From Macrostomum lignano (Eukaryota), in contig NIVC01000989.1 in assembly GCA_002269645.1 (NCBI GenBank), positions 124,001-188,000 of the forward strand: DNA of 64,000 nucleotides, in the 5' to 3' direction. The notes beneath the pieces were generated by a model, which searched no databases, was not told where the DNA came from, and saw only the letters and a program-made list of their open reading frames with translations. Numbering within the stretch: position 1 is the stretch's first letter; every line of letters starts with the position of its first letter. Below, in pieces: positions 59,712-64,000 of the stretch. Both the position numbers and the translations under genes were made by a program.

Positions 59712-61232
59712 ATGTCCGAACCGAGCACTTCTTGTTTTATCAAAGGCTGCAACGATCCCGCATGTGGCACTGGTATACGAATCCTACAGCCATTGTGTGA
59801 GAAACACATTGAGCAGGACAGAGAAATTGTGCGAGATCTGTACGAAAATATGCAGAAAAAGCTGAAGCCATTGCTGAAATTGCAGAAAGAATTTCGGATA
59901 CAACAGCAAGCTCTGTCAGCTGAGCTGCAAGAGACTGAGGAGCTGTTTGAGTCGGCTGTGGACTCGCTGATGAAGTGGAAGGCAGCTGTGACAAAGCGAC
60001 TGACTGAGAGACACGACAGCGTGTTGCAGAATCTGCAGCAGTTGTCCGCTCTGCAGGAGTATGAGCGAGAAGTGACGGAAGCAGAAGAGCACAATGACTT
60101 CAATAAAATGTTTGAGATTTCCAGCGCGTTAGATATTGAGAGTAACGAGTTACAGATGGTATTTGGCACGTCTATTACCGAAGAATCTGAGCGAGGCACT
60201 GGAAGGACTGTGGGCGATGTGAGCGGCTGTGTGAGGGACTTGCAGCTGCTGATTGACAGACACCTGAGTGATGTGATGCAGCTGTGCGAGTCAGCAGAGT
60301 CTCTTAGTGCAGATCAGCCAATCTGTGAGTTTCAGTCAATGATAAAAGATCTACCGGGCTCTCCTTATTTTGTCTCATCATGCAGCAACACGCAAGGCTT
60401 TTACGTGGACTCTCAGAGCAAGGTGGTCAAGGAGCCCACTGACAGAGAGCTGCCACAGCCGTGTCTCTTCGTTAGTTTTCATCCTAAAAATAAGATAAAC
60501 TACCTTTTTGCTTGCTCAGTAGACGGCTTAGTGAAAGCGCAGCTACAGCTCGACATTGATGTCTCAAAAACTGTTGTAGGGCTCTGCTGTGACAGCAAGC
60601 GACAGAGTCTTTTTGTTGCTCAGTTTGACGCAGTGAAGGTGACGGACCTGAGCGGCTTCGTGGCGCAGGTTTTCAACTCGAGCAGCCTGGGACAGCCAGT
60701 CAACTTTTTTGCCTTGACCTGCAGCTCTGACAAGATATTTGCTTTGAGCAAAGGCAACCCAGAATGGTCAGTGCTGTGCATCGATAAAGACAGCGGTCAG
60801 CTGCAGACTAAAATTTCCTTGATTGGAGCCAGTCCCTCTGGTAAATATGTCGAGGGCATGTCTGTAATCGACAATACGCTGCTGCTTGCTGACTATGCCG
60901 GTGGCAAGCTCTACAAAGTGTGCATCGCCAGCGGTCAGCTGATTACGACCTACCCGACCAAGCGAAGTCCTCTGGAGAAGTTTCGTGGAACTGTTGGTGT
61001 CGCGGCTCATCGGTCAGGTCTGCTGTTTGTCAGCGAGTATTCAGGGCAAGTGCTTCGTTTGATGCGGAGTGACGGCACTGTGCTGCGGACTGTCGAAGTC
61101 GAGGGTCAGACTGGCAGTGGCGGGAGAAAACTTGATAGCCCGCTTGGCTTGGCGATCATTGAGCGAAGCCCAAAGGTGCTGGCGGTGTGTCAAGATTCAA
61201 AATCGATTGGCCTTTATAAGCTGATTGTGTAA
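59712..61232 (+). CDS. TRIM-NHL-like protein copy 8, 506 aa, divergent N-terminus
   Basis: Full ORF; keeps the C-x4-C-x15-C-x2-H spacing with a different sequence ([24 protein letters not shown]). Confidence 0.85.
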   Translation: MSEPSTSCFIKGCNDPACGTGIRILQPLCEKHIEQDREIVRDLYENMQKKLKPLLKLQKEFRIQQQALSAELQETEELFESAVDSLMKWKAAVTKRLTERHDSVLQNLQQLSALQEYEREVTEAEEHNDFNKMFEISSALDIESNELQMVFGTSITEESERGTGRTVGDVSGCVRDLQLLIDRHLSDVMQLCESAESLSADQPICEFQSMIKDLPGSPYFVSSCSNTQGFYVDSQSKVVKEPTDRELPQPCLFVSFHPKNKINYLFACSVDGLVKAQLQLDIDVSKTVVGLCCDSKRQSLFVAQFDAVKVTDLSGFVAQVFNSSSLGQPVNFFALTCSSDKIFALSKGNPEWSVLCIDKDSGQLQTKISLIGASPSGKYVEGMSVIDNTLLLADYAGGKLYKVCIASGQLITTYPTKRSPLEKFRGTVGVAAHRSGLLFVSEYSGQVLRLMRSDGTVLRTVEVEGQTGSGGRKLDSPLGLAIIERSPKVLAVCQDSKSIGLYKLIV

Positions 61233-61420
61233 CTTTTTAGTTCATTCCGATCTGTTTACCATTTTCTAGCTTTTTTAATACTCAAATGTTAGTTATTTGC
61301 TTTAATTTACATTTATATTATGTATTAACTATATATATTTTTATATAACATAATAATAATATGAGTAGTCACTACGGTTGTTTTAAGTTCATTTTTAAGG
61401 CAAAATTTTTCATTAATCGA

Positions 61421-61551
61421 TTTTTGAGAGGCAAGGGGGCTGTGTGCACCCTGGAGCACTTTGTGTGGCATTGTCACACAACCGGCGAGAGGCATTACTG
61501 CCCTTTCCGCCGACTCCCCTTAGCAGGCACACACAGCGGCCCTAACTTTAT
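61421..61551 (-). mobile_element. 5'-truncated copy of the SINE at 62041-62402
   Basis: Aligns by eye with the 3' part of that SINE (62051-62220). Confidence 0.7.
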
Positions 61552-61616
61552 TTGTCGCTAAGCATGCAGTCTCTAAATTTTGAGTTAGTGTAACAAAAAT
61601 CTATCATAATGATCTA

Positions 61617-62551
61617 TACTCAGCAACAGTCAAAAGTTCCACCATCCAAGCGAGATGAATTTTTCTCACTTTGCGAGTGACACAGCTTACGGCACGCGCG
61701 AAGCTTATTGCTACTTGGGGGACTGTTCAGGATCACAACGCACTGCCTGCGCTGGCCTTCCCGGTCCCCCAGACATGAATCCCATCGAGCATGTCTGGGA
61801 TTTCCTAAAACGCAGCATTTGAAAAGAGAATCCACCACAGAATTTTGCGGAGCTGCGTCATGCCATTGAAAAGGCTTGGCAGCAGCTTCACCAAGACCTT
61901 CTGCACCGCCTCATCCTTCGGATGCCCCGCAGAGTCGCCGCACTTCTGCGTGCGAGGAGATCTCACGCGTTATTAAGCTTTGCGATCCCAACTGCATATT
62001 GCGTGAAAAAAGAAATTGTTATGATTTTGTGCGAATGAAGTTTTTTTTATTAGAGGCAGGGGGGTTGTGTGCACCCTGGCGCACTTTAAGCGACATAGGC
62101 ACACAACCGGCGAGAGGCATTGCTGCCCATTCCGCCGACTCCCCTGAGCAGGCATACAAGCGCGCGGATACGTACGCAGGCACACACTCACACAGGAGTG
62201 TACAGCGGCCCTAACTTTATCAATTGTTAGGCATGTACACTTCACTGCGACTTGGGGGGTTGGCTCTCAAAGCCGTTAATTGCACGAGCAGAGCCAAGCC
62301 GAAATTCCAATTCAGCCCCAAATTAATGTGACTGCACTTGGAATCGAGCCTGGGTCGCTGGCACACCAGAGCAGCTGCGCTACCGCTGGGCTACGGCCCC
62401 CCTGCGAATGACGTTTATATTTTTTTTAATTCCCTTCCTCGCGGCGGCTTAGTTGCGTAATTTGAGGGTTGAATTGTGAGTGAGAAGTTGTCGCAATAAG
62501 AAAGAAAATTTTTATCTCGCTTGGCGGGTGCAACTTTTGACTTGCTGAGTG
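61617..62551 (+). mobile_element. Internally deleted Tc1/mariner DNA transposon
   Basis: ~60 bp imperfect TIRs (tactcagcaacagtcaaaagtt... / ...aacttttgacttgctgagtg) flanked by TA; decayed transposase C-terminus WPSRSPDMNPIEHVWDFLKR...MPRRVAALLRAR at about 61750-61975 with a frameshift and a stop; empty sites visible after copies 5 and 6. Confidence 0.88.
62041..62402 (-). mobile_element. tRNA-derived SINE nested in the Tc1 element
   Basis: Minus strand begins GGGGCCGTAGCCCAGCGGTAG (A box 62383-62393), B-box-like GGCTCGATTCC (62340-62350), ends in TAATAAAAAAAA; ~11 bp TSD tgcgaatga(a/c)g at 62030-62040 and 62403-62413. Confidence 0.82.
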
Positions 62552-63179
62552 TATTTAGCATGTCTGATACTCATCAAGAGAATTTACTCAAAATTTGGAA
62601 ATTTAACTAATACATGAATACCAGCAATGTAATTAACAATTTTTATCAACTGCCAAGTTTTATGTTTTTTATTTTTATGTAGTGTTTCATTCTTTTGCTA
62701 TTTTTGTACTTTTTGTTCGTTTCTGCGCTAAAATCTGATTTCTCTAAACTGAAACCATTATTTTTTTATTTCAATTTTTTTACAAGAAATATTTGAACAA
62801 TTGACTACTTTGTTAATAAAGTTATTTAGTAATATCTCAAGGATTTTCAGATTATGTGTTCAAAATCCAATAAGGTAGGCGCAAAGGTCACTAAGATTAG
62901 CGGGAATTTTTCCAATTGTAAATGAAGCAGTTGCCTCCCTCCTGGCGACCAAACTTAAGCTTGATAGAGCAGTCCTATGTCCACTTACCAACTGAACCAC
63001 TGCTTGTGAATTGAGACTTCGAGACTTTGTCTTAACTGTCCTTTTAAACTGAAGGAAAGTACCAATAATGAGATTTTATAGTCTCAGATGTCAACTGACA
63101 GTTGACAAATTTTGGTCAAAATGTTTGCTGTGTGTGCCGCATGGCACATGCGAACAGTGAGCGTCTGCTAAAGTGGGTA

Positions 63180-63645
63180 TCTAGCTTCCCAAATCCCCCA
63201 AGGTTCCCAAATCCCCAACCTTCCCGAATCCCCAACCTTCCCAAATCCCCCAAGCTTCCCAAATCCCCCCAAGCTTCCCAAATCGCCCCAAGCTTCCCAA
63301 ATCCCCCCAAGCTTCCCAAATCCCAAACCTTCCCAAATCCCCCCAAGCTTCCCAAATCGCCCAAACCTTCCCAAATCCCCCCAAGCTTCCCAAATCCCAA
63401 ACCTTCCCAAATGCCCCAAGCTTCCCAAATCCCCAACCTTCTCAAATCCCCCAAGCTTTCCAAATCCCCCAAGCTTCCCAAATCCCCCAAGCTTCCCAAA
63501 TCCCCAACCTTCTCAAATCCCCCAAGCTTTCCAAATCCCCCAAGCTTTCCAAATCCCCCAAGCTTTCCAAATCCCCCAAGCTTCCCAAAACCCACAAGCT
63601 TCTTGAATACCCAAGCTTCCCGAATCCCAAATTCCTCCGGTTTCT
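63180..63645. repeat. 18-19 bp minisatellite (ccaagcttcccaaatcccc)
   Basis: Directly visible tandem units. Confidence 0.9.
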
Positions 63646-63648
63646 CAA

Positions 63649-63872
63649 ATCGGTCGGGTCTGCTGTTTGTCAGCGAGCGTTCAGGGCAAGTGGTTTGTTT
63701 GATGCGGAGTGACGGCACTGTGCTGCAGACTGTCGCAGTCGAGGGTCAGACTGGCAGTGGCGGGAGAAAACTTGATAGCCCGCTTGGCTTGGCGATCATT
63801 GAGCGAAGCCCGAAGGTGCTGGCGGTGTGTCAAGATTCAAAATCGATTGGCCTTTATAAGCTTAATGTGTGA
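63649..63872 (+). pseudogene. TRIM-NHL-like copy 9, 3' fragment (last 1.5 blades)
   Basis: [15 protein letters not shown]...[33 protein letters not shown], nearly identical to the end of copy 8. Confidence 0.8.
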
Positions 63873-64000
63873 TTTTTCAAGCTCATTCGGATATATATTT
63901 GGTAGTAAAGCTTGCGACACTTAAATAACTGAAATAACACTATAAATTACATTTGATATTGTCTCATGCAAATGGCTAAAATTTCTCACTTTTTTCTGAT

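Noticed and set aside
62330-62402. Possible tRNA gene on the minus strand
   Set aside because: No clean cloverleaf by eye, variant B box, followed by a SINE body, tail and TSD.

Overview
Eukaryotic (animal) genomic DNA; all recognisable host genes are on the + strand. The minisatellite-packed introns and Ala/Gln-rich proteins resemble the flatworm Macrostomum lignano, but that is inference only. Contents in order: (1) the 3' part of a TOR kinase gene (13 coding exons, FAT-FRB-kinase-FATC, <1-13821), with nearly every intron filled by its own minisatellite; (2) a two-exon PDCD2/Zfrp8 gene; (3) a five-exon MFS transporter gene; (4) from about 28.3 kb to the end, a tandem array of nine copies (5 intact, 4 disrupted or partial) of a ~505-aa gene with an intronless CDS: atypical N-terminal C-x4-C-x15-C-x2-H zinc knuckle, coiled coil, and six-bladed NHL-like beta-propeller (TRIM-NHL-like, no RING). 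Across copies the coiled coil is almost identical at the DNA level, the predicted ligand-facing propeller loops differ strongly, and long identical tracts are shared patchwork-fashion. This looks like a diversifying intracellular receptor family and is the most interesting signal here. The array also holds a full-length LOA/I-group non-LTR retrotransposon (13-bp TSD) splitting copy 4, a solo LTR, a hAT MITE, and a deleted Tc1 element carrying a nested tRNA-derived SINE. All exon and TE coordinates were read by eye; no database searches were run.
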